From: Cyanidioschyzon merolae
Taxonomy: Eukaryota
Strand: one strand, 5' to 3'
Length of the DNA stretch: 64,000 nt
Assembly (NCBI GenBank): GCA_000091205.1
Contig: AP006483.2
The notes under the pieces were generated by a model. That model had not been told where the DNA came from. It saw nothing but the letters and a program-made list of their open reading frames with translations, and did not search any database. The position numbers and the translations under genes are program-made. How positions within the stretch are numbered: position 1 is the first letter of the stretch; each line of letters starts with the position of its first letter. Shown here one piece after another: positions 43,489 through 53,714 of this stretch.

Positions 43489-45849
43489 AGCAGGCCAGAC
43501 GTGTCCGCTTAGGCGGCAAAAACGGCGTTTTGCTGCAGAGCGCACTGTAGGTACAAGCATTCAGTGAGACAATGGAGATGCTGTCGCGTGGCAGACGTGA
43601 ACGTGAGGTAGTCAGTTAGAGCTGTATTCCTAGCAAGTTGTTGCCCAACAACGTATACGTTGCGTGAGGCCGCGGCTCTGTCCGTCACGTTAGCGCTGTC
43701 CGGTAGCTGTGGCTGCTTACGTTCCCGCTCAGACGGAGAGACGGGGTGAGGCTCACGCCAACGCTTTTGTGCTCCGGGGCCTCTGGTTAGGTTGATGAAT
43801 ATGCCGTCATCAAAAATCAGCACTCGCTTTTCTTTCGGACTGGGACCTAGGACGATACGATGAAGCAGGCGGGCGACTCGGGTTAAGGCATCACCAGTGG
43901 GTACCTGTGCGCGAAGGGTGCTGGTCGAGCCGGCGATCCTCGGCGGCAGCAAAGTCGCCTGGAAACACCTGTGCGCCTTCAATAAGCTGATATGGCCCAG
44001 ATCGCGCTCCGTCGCTCTGTTGATCTTTGTTAGAGCTGAATATTGCTTGAGCGTTGGGAGCTCTGCTGCCCGTTATAGACTTGTGTCCACGTCGTTCCTC
44101 CCGAAGGCTTGCGCGCTCTTCGGTTTTGTGAGAACTCTATCACCAAGCCATATGGAGCGGAGACCGTGGTGCATGCAAGAGAACGATTATTTTTAGCAAC
44201 TGCCTCCAAAACCCTGATCGCCGCAAGATATACGCAAAAAGCTCCTGCCTAGGTATCTTTCCATGGGGCGTTTTTGGAAACGGGTACAAGATCGGATCGC
44301 AGCCGTGGAGTCTCGGTGCTGCAGACAGGAAAGCTGCTCTGTGAAGTTCCATGCTTTGAGGTTGCGGGCTACTGCCAATGTGAGATTTCATAGGTAAGAA
44401 TTTGGTTAATGTTCGTCGGGACGTGCAGTGGTTGACCGCACTTTTGCCGCTGCAGCAAGGTCTGAACAATTGAAACAGCGCACCCTCTTTTTCCTTTTTA
44501 TTTATTTTTCTCGCAAGTATTCAATAGATGGAATGTGTTCTCAAGTCTCAAGAAAGGCTGCGGAAAGACTTGATTTTGTCCCTGGTTACTGGCCAGAAAC
44601 GCCTTGGCTTGTACTTCTCAGGTATTCTTCGGTCATAAAGTGGACGAGCCACTCTACCTCGACTCTCTCTTCTGAAACTCGTATATCGAAACAAAGCTTA
44701 TGAAGCGCTATCTACACAAATGCCTCCTCATCTGAACATTGTACTCCAGAGGATTTTTAAGATGAATTTCAGAAGGAGCTACAGGATACGAAGTTTTCGT
44801 ACAGTTCGTTCGAACGGTGATGAAGAGACACGTATCGACGTGCAGAAAAAAAGCACGCTCGTATGGGTGATCGTCTCGCCTTGAGCAACACACTACCAAT
44901 GCCGCCGTGAAACCCGATATCTCATTACGGGATAGAGCGGTGCTTTTCTAAGTCGATGCGACTGGTTCCCGGATAAATGTTAGAGCTATTGAGGGGTCCT
45001 CAGCGAGCGACCAATTGGCTGCACTTACAGAAGAAACCAGCGAGAATGACGAGAACATCAGCACTAGCAGCCATTCAAACGAGTGATCGCCTAGAAACCA
45101 CCAAATGGACGGGATCCTTCAACAACTCATCCTTGGTTAGAGCTTTTCGTGGCTCCTCTTTCCCACATTATTATGACCTCTTCTCAGGAAATGGTGGTGT
45201 GAGTCACTTGGAAACTTTCACGGAGTGTGCAGCTCAGCCTGGTGTTGAGCTGCGCTCTCTGCCATCCTATCCGCCCTGCTTCCTCCTGGTCGAAGGCGTC
45301 TTCCCTGCTGTTCGACGCCATGCTTATAGTCACGACTCAGTAGATGTGTCGTTCACTCCTGTGAAACCGCTCTCCATCTAATAGTTCTATAATTTCACAG
45401 GTCGTGGACAGCTCAATTGCCTCTTTGCTCTAGTGCAGGAAGGAGAGAAGTGACTCGCTTCGTTCAGAGAGCGTGCTCTAGACGGTTCAGTTTGAGAAAT
45501 GGTACTTGTTGAATTGTGAATACGCGTATCGAGTAGGCGAGATTCAGTCACGCCGTCCACACAGTGCGTCTGAATCCCGGCGAAAACGGATGCGGAGTAC
45601 TGGGACCATACGGGAATCATCCCGCCAACTAAATGGAACGGACAAGAAAAATCCAGACAAAGAGCCGAAGGATCTTCTCGAAAAGCGGACGAGGAAGGAC
45701 AGAACCCAAAACTCTCGGAGCCAATTGATCAGTCCTGAATGGCTGTAAACGTCCTACATGAAAACCAATCAACGGATTCAATGTTCCCAAACGTGAGATG
45801 CAGGACGCCATCAGGGAACAGGTAGCTCCATAGAGTCTTTCAACTTTTG

Positions 45850-47275
45850 TTTCTGTTCCAATCAGGTTGCGGTGTTTAGCAGGATATCTACATGACGATG
45901 CGATATACCGTATAGATCGTAGATGAATTCCACGTATGATATATACTTTTCTGATCAGTGCCAGCAGGACTGCATCCTTCCTTCGGGTCAGTCATGCCAC
46001 AGTGCTCAGATGGTTGAGGCACACTGATAGAAACAGGTACATGCGCTCCGTGCCGAAAACCGACATTCTCACAGTGTGTTTGCGGTCAATGGCAGAAAGC
46101 GACCCATCGTTCACGTTATGGAGGGTGAACGTGACAACAGTAGCCACCACGGGCGTCTCTGTTTCTCAACATCTTGTTCATGTTGCCCTGAAAACACTAG
46201 GATTCAGTTGCAAAGGAAATAACAAATTTCACGTACGGTCATCTTCTGTCAAAGTACCTACGACAGCGTTCATGGAACGTCGCAAGCGTTATGAGGCAAA
46301 GGACGTCGATTTGTTTTGTCATTCGATGAGGTTTGTTTCGGACGAAACGGTCGGAGCGTATGCGGGTATTCGTGGAGCGGCGCGCCCGTTCTTCGCACGA
46401 TCCAACTCGAGAAGAACGACGACATCTTTAGCTGTTCTAGGTGCAGTGGATTCATTTGGCGGCCTCGGATTCGCACGTAGTCAAGGCTTGTACAACAGCA
46501 TTCACTTTATCGAATCATTGAAGACTTCCTCGACGTCTGGTGACGTCCTTTGGATTAAGCAACATGGCATTGCACCATTTCTTTTTGCATTCATACTTTT
46601 GCCGATTCTGTCCGAGAAAAGCTGCATTTCATTCCTCCGTTCTATCTTTGTTTCAACCCAATCGAAGGAATGTTTTCTATCGTGAAGCGTAAGGATGGCT
46701 CCACTGGGCGAATCGCTGAAGCGTTCTGCAGACGGTGACACACTGGGAGCATATATCGTATTCCTTCGGCAAGTCTATCCTTTCCGGGAAAATCCTCCAC
46801 TAAGAACATAAAGAAGCGTGTTCATTTCAAGAATTAAAAAATCCAAGGAACAGGCATGCACGTGAAATTCGAGGATCCTGGAGGTCCGGTGTCGTTGGGT
46901 TCGAAAAAACGAAAACCTCCTCTTCTCGCCGACCGTCGAGCAAAGAAGAGAAATTTACGAGGAAGAAGAAGAGGGTACATAGGCGAGAAAAGCTATTTAA
47001 TTTACAGGATGATGACGAGACTCTAATGACACAGAGGGCTCGAGTCCTAGCAATCCTTGCAAAGGTGAGTCCACCAGATGCAATGCACGCTAGTAGTTCG
47101 CAAACTGCGACTTCTACGCCGCCGTCAACATTCGACAATATGCGGTGCTGAAGACGAGGCCCGAGAAGCTTTCGCGACGCGACTTTGTATGGCAGCCTCT
47201 CAGACTCGAAGTTTTCAGGGAGAAGCTGAAGCCGATAACAGGTGGCGGGCAAAAAAGGCTGGGAGGCGTCTGCGG
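45850..47275 (+). mobile_element. R2 family, diverged copy 3 (about 80% identity). It ends about 58 bp upstream of the aminotransferase ORF.
   Basis: 45900–46080 aligns with 11200–11380 (e.g. cagtgctcagatggttgaggcacactgatagaaacaggtacatgcgctccgtgccgaaaaccgacattc vs cagtactcagatagttgaggaacactgaaagaaacaagtatatgcgctctgtgccaaaagtcgatattc). 47130–47275 aligns with 12330–12490 (the ...gaagctgaagccgat...aaaagactgggaggcgtctgcg block). Confidence 0.7.
45936..46685 (+). pseudogene. Transposase-like relic in R2 copy 3 (a 249-aa ORF, the longest version of the R2 ORF)
   Basis: RNRYMRSVPKTDI...VSVSQHLVHVALKTLGFSCKGNNKF...KDVDLFCHSMRFVSDETV resembles the Tc1-like HTH and the W..V.FSDE region. No catalytic triad is recognisable. 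Confidence 0.3.
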
Positions 47276-47332
47276 CTCGGTATTATTTTACCCCACGGTC
47301 GCGGAACAGTCTCGCTCCTTTGAACTTTCTGC

Positions 47333-48772
47333 ATGCGTATCTCTAGACGGGGTACACTTGCTCCCAGAGCACACGTTGATGACCTGGAAGCTGCCTATGG
47401 GCAACGTAAGGATGTGTGTCAGATGTGTGCGGGCAGTGTGGGGTATGGACCCGCCCCAGCTGCCCTGCAGGCGGTTTCAAGGCTTGAGGAACACCTAGGA
47501 GGTGGCTACGGTCCAGTCGCCGGTGAGTCCGCTTTATTGGCGAATCTTAGGGAAAAACTTTTCCTGCACAATGGGATAGACGTTGACGCACAGCGCGCAG
47601 CAGTTCTTGTAACTGCCGGTGCGAACCAGGCGTTTGTGAACGTGCTACTCGCGGTCGCCGATAGCGGCGACGCGGTTATTCTGTTTGCCCCCTACTACTT
47701 CTCACACTACTCGGCTGCATTATTTGCCGGCTTAAGACCGATAGTTCTGAACTCGAATTCCCACGAAAGCGTTGCCGGCGCTCTGCAATATTACTCCGAG
47801 AACTTGCTTCATTCTGAGGTGCCCAGCGTTGAAACGGTGCGAGCTGTGGTTGTTTGCACGCCCTGCAATCCTACAGGCAGCGTCTTAGATAACGCCGAGT
47901 TATGGAAGATTGCTCATATATGCGAAGCTCATGATTGGTGGTTAATCATAGATGAAGCTTATGAGCACTTCGATTTCGAGATGCAACTTTTGGAGCGGGA
48001 CGGAGAACTGACCCTGACCTCGATAGTGAGCCCGTCGTGTCTCACGGGGCTACCGCAGCGAATTCGTCGTCCGTACCTTATGCATAATCGGTCAATTCAT
48101 ATCTTTTCTATGTCGAAGTCATTCGGCATGGCGGGATACAGAGTGGGCTATATCCTTTGTCCGCAAACGGCCCCTATTCAAGATGGAGCGGATCTGTTCG
48201 ATGCACTCGTGCGGGTGAACGACACGATCGTGACCCATGCATCCCGCCAGAGCCAACTTCTGGCTCTCTGTGTGCTTCGGGATCCCGCCTGCATTAGCAC
48301 GCTCCAGTCCAGGCGACTAAGAGTGCTTCTTTACGTACGGGAGCTCTACCAGTTCGCTTTCAAGATGGTCAGAGCCGGACTGATCGAGCTCACACCATCG
48401 ATGATGGAGGTACTCAGAACATGCCAAAGAAACGGGCGCCCCTTTCGCATTGGCGCCTTTTACCTTTTCTGCCGTGCGTTACCGAAGAGGAATGGCTCCA
48501 CGCGTGTTGCTCGAGCTAGTGATCTCGAGTTGTGCCATTTTCTCGCAGATTCATATCGAGTGCTTGTTGCACCGGGGAGCATCTTTGGCACGGATGCGCG
48601 CGAATGTTGGATACGCGTTTCTGTCGGCGCTTGTTGTTGTAATGATATCCATGGTTTGCGAGATGCGCTTCGTCGTTTAGCAGCCGGTATCGCTGCGTTT
48701 CAAGAGCAGAAATTAGCGCGCAAGGTGAGTAGCGTCGATAACGACAACTTGGTGGTATCTACAACGTTTTGA
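47333..48772 (+). CDS. Class I/II PLP-dependent aminotransferase (aspartate/aromatic aminotransferase-like), 479 aa
   Basis: GYGPVAGESALLANLREKL...VLVTAGANQAFVNVLLAVADSGDAVILFAPYYFSH...NPTGSV...SMSKSFGMAGYRVGYI (SxSK with the PLP-binding lysine) and the overall fold-type I order of motifs. Confidence 0.8.
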   Translation: MRISRRGTLAPRAHVDDLEAAYGQRKDVCQMCAGSVGYGPAPAALQAVSRLEEHLGGGYGPVAGESALLANLREKLFLHNGIDVDAQRAAVLVTAGANQAFVNVLLAVADSGDAVILFAPYYFSHYSAALFAGLRPIVLNSNSHESVAGALQYYSENLLHSEVPSVETVRAVVVCTPCNPTGSVLDNAELWKIAHICEAHDWWLIIDEAYEHFDFEMQLLERDGELTLTSIVSPSCLTGLPQRIRRPYLMHNRSIHIFSMSKSFGMAGYRVGYILCPQTAPIQDGADLFDALVRVNDTIVTHASRQSQLLALCVLRDPACISTLQSRRLRVLLYVRELYQFAFKMVRAGLIELTPSMMEVLRTCQRNGRPFRIGAFYLFCRALPKRNGSTRVARASDLELCHFLADSYRVLVAPGSIFGTDARECWIRVSVGACCCNDIHGLRDALRRLAAGIAAFQEQKLARKVSSVDNDNLVVSTTF

Positions 48773-50526
48773 TCGTGTCTGCTGCTAAGACCCGTAGCGG
48801 TAAAGATCTGGTCAAGAGCATGATCGCACAAGACAAGCCTCGCATGACCAATATCCGACTGCGGCTACTCGATCGAAAGAGCAGTAAATAAGCACATTTC
48901 TGAAAAAAAAGCACAGAATGCGCGGGCTCGACGCGAAACCGAGTTAGACGGCAGTGTAACTCGGGACGCAGCCTAATTTACTTCCAAGGTATAGTGCGTA
49001 CGCTTTCAGCCATGATTATTCCGGAGCAAAAATGAAGCATGTGAAATGCGCACAAGCTGAGGCAGCCGCTCTGTTGGCTAAGCGCTTCCAAGCTATCTAG
49101 CTTCGCACAAGATCTGGAATTTTTCTCCATTAAGGCTCGCCTTAGCTCTATGCTCGAGTCTTGTAGCAAGAACTCTGCGCTTCGGACATAGAACGAGCTG
49201 ACGAAACAAACACAACCTGTTGGCATTCAGAACTGAAATGCAAGACACATGTACTCGCTTTGTTCCTGCCTCGAGATTTGCACGGCCTTGCTTTAAATAA
49301 AAAAGCTCGACTTCCGCAAGAAGTAATATGATCTTACGGACACTTATATTGTTTTAAGATTCCGGATGTCTTTTTTGAGTAGCTCTCTTGGCGCTTTTCC
49401 GCTGGAAGTGTAACGTCAATGGAATCAATACCGTTCGCGACGATCTCGGACAAAAAACGTCTATCAAGCAACCGATGTCAATATTCATTGCATACGTACA
49501 AGCACCAAGTTCTCTCGTTTCATTACTTGGAGCATGCTCAATCCAAGCATGCTTGAGGTTTTCGACTTTCTGCATGGGTGGAACTCTTCGGGAACAGCAA
49601 TGCGCGCTGCTGGATTGACAACGAACATAACCCGACGTCATCCCTTGCCGATTTCTGCACACGCCCATGCCAAAAGTTCACTTAATTTGTCATATCATAT
49701 CATAGGTTCCGTTTGAAAGACGAATCCTCCTCTCTCTGTCTATAGAAGCAATAGAATTTGACTTCGGCAGCAGGGTTCCTCCCGTGGGATATGCTTCCAG
49801 TCGCTCTCGTCTCTGTTCTTTGCATTTTCAAGTGCCTTGAAGTCGGACGTGAGTCATTACGGGCATCGTTTCCAGTGGACATGCGTCACCGCCTTGTACG
49901 AAGGAAGCGCGGAAGACTCGAAATATCTCGATTTGTCTCGGGCGTGGATTCTCCTTCTACTATTTGTTTCATGATGGAAGAAATCGCGTTCTAGAAATCC
50001 TCTGTCAAATGCGACAACGTGCGCTCGCATGTGCGGAGGATGGAGTAATGGCTTGGAGATGGTGAAAAAACAAACGCGTGATTGTAGCATATGGCATCGA
50101 GCGCAGAGACGGAGAAGAGCATCGGCGGGGAGAGTTCTGTATTGGTCAAGTGTATGTACCTGGCAATGAAACAAGCGCTGACGCATCACAGGGCAGTTCG
50201 CAACGGACGTGTGATGCACCTGCGGGAGCCCATGACCGAAGTTAAGTGTCAACGTTGCAAACGGGGCAACAAGTCTGTACACGAACAAGATGAAAATGAC
50301 GAGCGATGTGTATATCGCGGCTTCCGCCCGGGCACAAAACGCATCGACAACAGCCTGAAGCCGCAAAAGTGGGACTTGGGCGCTGTTATCAACATCATTC
50401 GAGTGGAGACAACGGAGCTGGAGTGGCAGGAGAGGCCGGCGTGTTGAAAGCGAGACAAAATTGAAAGGAAAAGAGAGCAGCAAGAGAAAAGCTGGCACGC
50501 GCTAGTTTTCATGATAGTGAGAATCA

Positions 50527-51040
50527 AACCAAAAATTCAGAGGGTCCACCGGAATCAATAACTGGACCCCCTCAACTTAATTCTGATATGGGTGCGTTTT
50601 CGTTTAGTTCAAAGAGTGCTTGGCCCCAATCGCTTCGGCCTCGTCGCTCGCACAGCGTGAAGTCGCGAAACATGAAAGCGTTTCCCCCTTTTTTCATGAC
50701 AGTTGGAACCAGACCAAAAAATCTAGAGTGTCCACCGGAATCAATAACTGGACCCCCTCAACTTAATTCTGATATGGGTGCGTTTTCGTTTAGTTCAAAG
50801 AGTGCTTGGCCCAAACGCTTCGGCCTCGTCGCTCGCACAGCGTTAAGTCGCGAAACATAAACGCGTTTCCCCCTTTTTTCATGACAGTGGGAACCAGACC
50901 AAAAAATCTAGAGTGTCCATCGGAATCAATAACTGGACCCTCTCGAATTAATTCTGATATGGGTGCGTTTTCGCTTAGTTCAAAGAGTGCTTAGCCCCAA
51001 ATGCATCAGCTTCGTCGCTCGCACAGCGTGATGACGCGCA
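50527..51040. repeat. Tandem array of about 2.8 copies of a 182–188-bp unit, each carrying T6 runs on both strands
   Basis: The unit ...aaccagaccaaaaaatctagagtgtccaccggaatcaataactggaccccctcaacttaattctgatatgggtgcgttttcgtttagttcaaagagtgcttggcccc...cgcacagcgtgaagtcgcgaaacatgaaagcgtttcccccttttttcatgacag... is repeated head-to-tail at 50527, 50711 and 50893 with a few substitutions and small indels. The third copy is truncated and degenerate. Confidence 0.85.
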
Positions 51041-51077
51041 TTACATTCGGGCTTGCTCATTTCTGCAACGACTTGGT

Positions 51078-51338
51078 ATGTTTTCGAAGGCTGGCGTGCA
51101 GAAGCAGATAGGTGCTGATGCCTTCGCTATCGGAGCTTATAAAACTGGAATTCTTCCGTCAAAGAAAACGGGTTGGAGCAGCATTTTCTTTCTCGTAGTT
51201 GTTGCGGCGACTTCTGGTTGGTACGGTTACGCTCTTGGTCGCGAGCAGGCACGTCGGACGCTCTGTCGGGAAATTTCTGAACTTCGACAGTCGCTGCAAA
51301 CTTTGGAAACCTCTCAGGATCGAAATGCTCAGCGATAA
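51078..51338 (+). CDS. Possible small single-pass membrane protein, 86 aa
   Basis: ORF with one clear TM helix (WSSIFFLVVVAATSGWYGYAL) and a short coiled-coil-like tail. There is no homology I can name. Confidence 0.2.
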   Translation: MFSKAGVQKQIGADAFAIGAYKTGILPSKKTGWSSIFFLVVVAATSGWYGYALGREQARRTLCREISELRQSLQTLETSQDRNAQR

Positions 51339-51953
51339 GCTGCGCGTTAACAGTTCCGTAGCATTGGTAGGCTATTTTCGAATCACGTAGAACATCTGGA
51401 CGACCACTGTCACGTGAGACTGCTGGAGGTGTCGAGCGCTCCTCTGCTCGTGTTGAACTTCGGAAAGGGGTTTAACGCCAAGACCAAGTTTCAGTAGATA
51501 CGAGCAGCTGCATCTTTGAGCGTGTGGCTTCTTTGAAGAAATCACTTCGATTTTTTTACGGGGCCTCCGGTTTGGCAGAAGAAGCTGCAACATACCAACA
51601 GTCTGCAGTGAAGGCACAAGATCTCTGTGTGTACGGATCGCGAGGCTTCTGGAATGGCCCGGGGGAACGCGCTTGATGCTTCTTTGGACAATATTCGGTA
51701 CAAGGAACCACTGCGCCATATAGATCAGACTCGGGCCGACGCCCTGTATGTGTGTTTGTCCGAGTCGTAGCGCTCGTTTTTTTTCTCGAGAATGCTGCTG
51801 CCATGCGTATCGCGGAAGGCTTCGGGCATCAGCGCTATCGCACGTAGGTCTTTTGTATGACGCTGCTCCATACCAAAGCTCAGCTATTCGTCGCCCGAGT
51901 TCGTGACAATTTTCGATTCAGAGCTGCGGATGCGACGCGTCGCGCTGGGGACC

Positions 51954-53714
51954 TCACTGGCCTGCCTTCCGACGCTGGTGCCGCAGACCTGCACGGGCTC
52001 CCCAGAACTCCACTGCATCGTGGGTCGGAGGAGATAAATTCTCCTCCCATGAGGTGCGACCTGCATCTCTCGGGGACACGAGTGCCTCAAATGCATGAAG
52101 CCAGTCGGAAGTCTCTGCTCCTGTGAGGAATATGCAGTTGTTGGCACTAAAGCCCGCGTGGTCATGAAGCTCCCGTACTGTCAGCCTACCGAGCGGCACA
52201 ATCCAACGAATCATGTAGCCTCCTTTTCCGTGCCGTGATGTGTGCGGCTCCACTAGCATGAGCGCGTCGTCGAAGAGCACGAGGCGTCCCTCGCGTGCCT
52301 TCTTATGGCTCAGACGACCTCTCTGTATACCACCAAAATAAGCAACATTTTGCATACGGATGATTCGCCGTCCTGCAGCAATCACGCGTTGATCGCCACC
52401 GCACTCGAGACAAAGGGCGGCAAGCTTCCGGCTGTCATCTGCTAGCTCCTGCCTTTTGTTGGCCAGCTCGGCGATATCGCCAAGTCGGCGCGCTGCCTCA
52501 GTCAGTTCCTGCTCGCATGACCTGCCAGAGCCCTCACTCCTTATCTTGTGTAGCAGAAGGCTATAGCGAGTGAGACGCTGGACCGGTTTGATTAGGAAAG
52601 AACCGAGGCTTTCGCCGCGGCACAATTCCGAGCTTTCGCATCGATGAAGAAAATCTCGTATAACTGGAGCTTGGCGGAGCATTTTTTCCAGTCTTTCGCT
52701 GCGCTCAAAAAAGTCCGAACAGTACTGCGAATACAAGTGGAAGAGGAACGCTTTCGAGAGCAGGACGCGAGCGACACGATCCAGAGGGCAAGTCGCTGAT
52801 GCCTTGGGCTCTGGAGGCGTTCCAAAATTGTACATGGAGGTTTGCTGCCATTCGCGAAAGCAGTCAGAGAGCTCTTGGAGGAGATCCTCATGTACCTTTG
52901 CGAGCACTTGAGTGTTTGAAAACGAATCGATGAGCTGCCGCTCGTACTCGAGAGGCAAAAGCCCCACCTTGTATGCGTCACGAATTGGGTACAGAAAAGC
53001 TCGAAGGATCGTCTGGAGGTCCGCCACATAGAGGGCCTCAGTCGCCACGAGCTCGTAAACAGCGTGCACGTAGCGTTCATTGACTCCGCTGAGTGCTGCC
53101 TTGCTTCGGAGCATCTCGTGCACAAGGGTTCCGAGTATGATACTCCGCTGCTTCTTCTCCGCAAAGATCAGGTTTCCGGTGTCTGTCGAAGAGTCATGCA
53201 TGTTCATCGGCTGCAGCATCGCTAGAGGTGAGGCATCACGTAGCCCCACAAGACCACGTGGACGGTATCGAGGCTTCGAACTACACTGAGTTCCTGCACT
53301 CGCAGAACCGTCGCTATAGTACGTGATACAAAGCGTAGAGGTTCCATCCTGGAACCTCCAGAAACAGTGTCCTACGTCGAGCACTAGCTTCGGCAGCAGC
53401 GTCGATGGCGGATCATAGAAAGCCAAATAGACACCGACAAGATGTTGTTTATTCAAAGGGACATTCTGATCGGAAGACTCCAGCCACAGTGTCTCAATGA
53501 GCTCAACATGTGCGGGCGTCCAGACTGCGGCACACTCCGGCTGCAGCTTTGCGTTCGTTGGGGAGCTGCTGTTCGAATAATCAGCCTGCTTCCGCTGCTT
53601 GGAATGCTCTTGAACACCGACTTTTTCTGAATGGAATTCGTAGTTCGTCTGCTGAAAGCACGCAAGTACCCGAACTCGCTGCACCAAGCGCTGGGAAACA
53701 CCTCGCCATTCCAT
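51954..53714 (-). CDS. Dbl-homology RhoGEF with a PH-like C-terminal region, 586 aa
   Basis: The DH domain is RYVHAVYELVATEALYVADLQTIL...QVLAKVHEDLLQELSDCF...SLGSFLIKPVQRLTRYSLLLHKI (the conserved CR3 motif LxKPxQRxxxYxLLL). The following region, RVIAAGRRIIRMQNV...RLVLFDDALMLV, is PH-like. Confidence 0.8.
   Translation of the reverse strand: MEWRGVSQRLVQRVRVLACFQQTNYEFHSEKVGVQEHSKQRKQADYSNSSSPTNAKLQPECAAVWTPAHVELIETLWLESSDQNVPLNKQHLVGVYLAFYDPPSTLLPKLVLDVGHCFWRFQDGTSTLCITYYSDGSASAGTQCSSKPRYRPRGLVGLRDASPLAMLQPMNMHDSSTDTGNLIFAEKKQRSIILGTLVHEMLRSKAALSGVNERYVHAVYELVATEALYVADLQTILRAFLYPIRDAYKVGLLPLEYERQLIDSFSNTQVLAKVHEDLLQELSDCFREWQQTSMYNFGTPPEPKASATCPLDRVARVLLSKAFLFHLYSQYCSDFFERSERLEKMLRQAPVIRDFLHRCESSELCRGESLGSFLIKPVQRLTRYSLLLHKIRSEGSGRSCEQELTEAARRLGDIAELANKRQELADDSRKLAALCLECGGDQRVIAAGRRIIRMQNVAYFGGIQRGRLSHKKAREGRLVLFDDALMLVEPHTSRHGKGGYMIRWIVPLGRLTVRELHDHAGFSANNCIFLTGAETSDWLHAFEALVSPRDAGRTSWEENLSPPTHDAVEFWGARAGLRHQRRKAGQ

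Noticed and set aside
49857-50498. 213-aa minus-strand ORF and 118-aa plus-strand ORF next to the tandem array
   Set aside because: No recognisable motifs. Cys/His/Arg-rich composition is typical of non-coding read-through. I kept only the observation that the interval is unassigned.
50527-51040. Tandem unit as a 5S rRNA, U6 or U2 snRNA gene
   Set aside because: Only short chance similarities were seen (GTGAAG..AGCGTT.CC near the T-run; ATCGCTTCGGCC). The conserved 5S helix I/box C, the U6 ACAGAGA/AGC and the U2 branch-binding sequences are absent.
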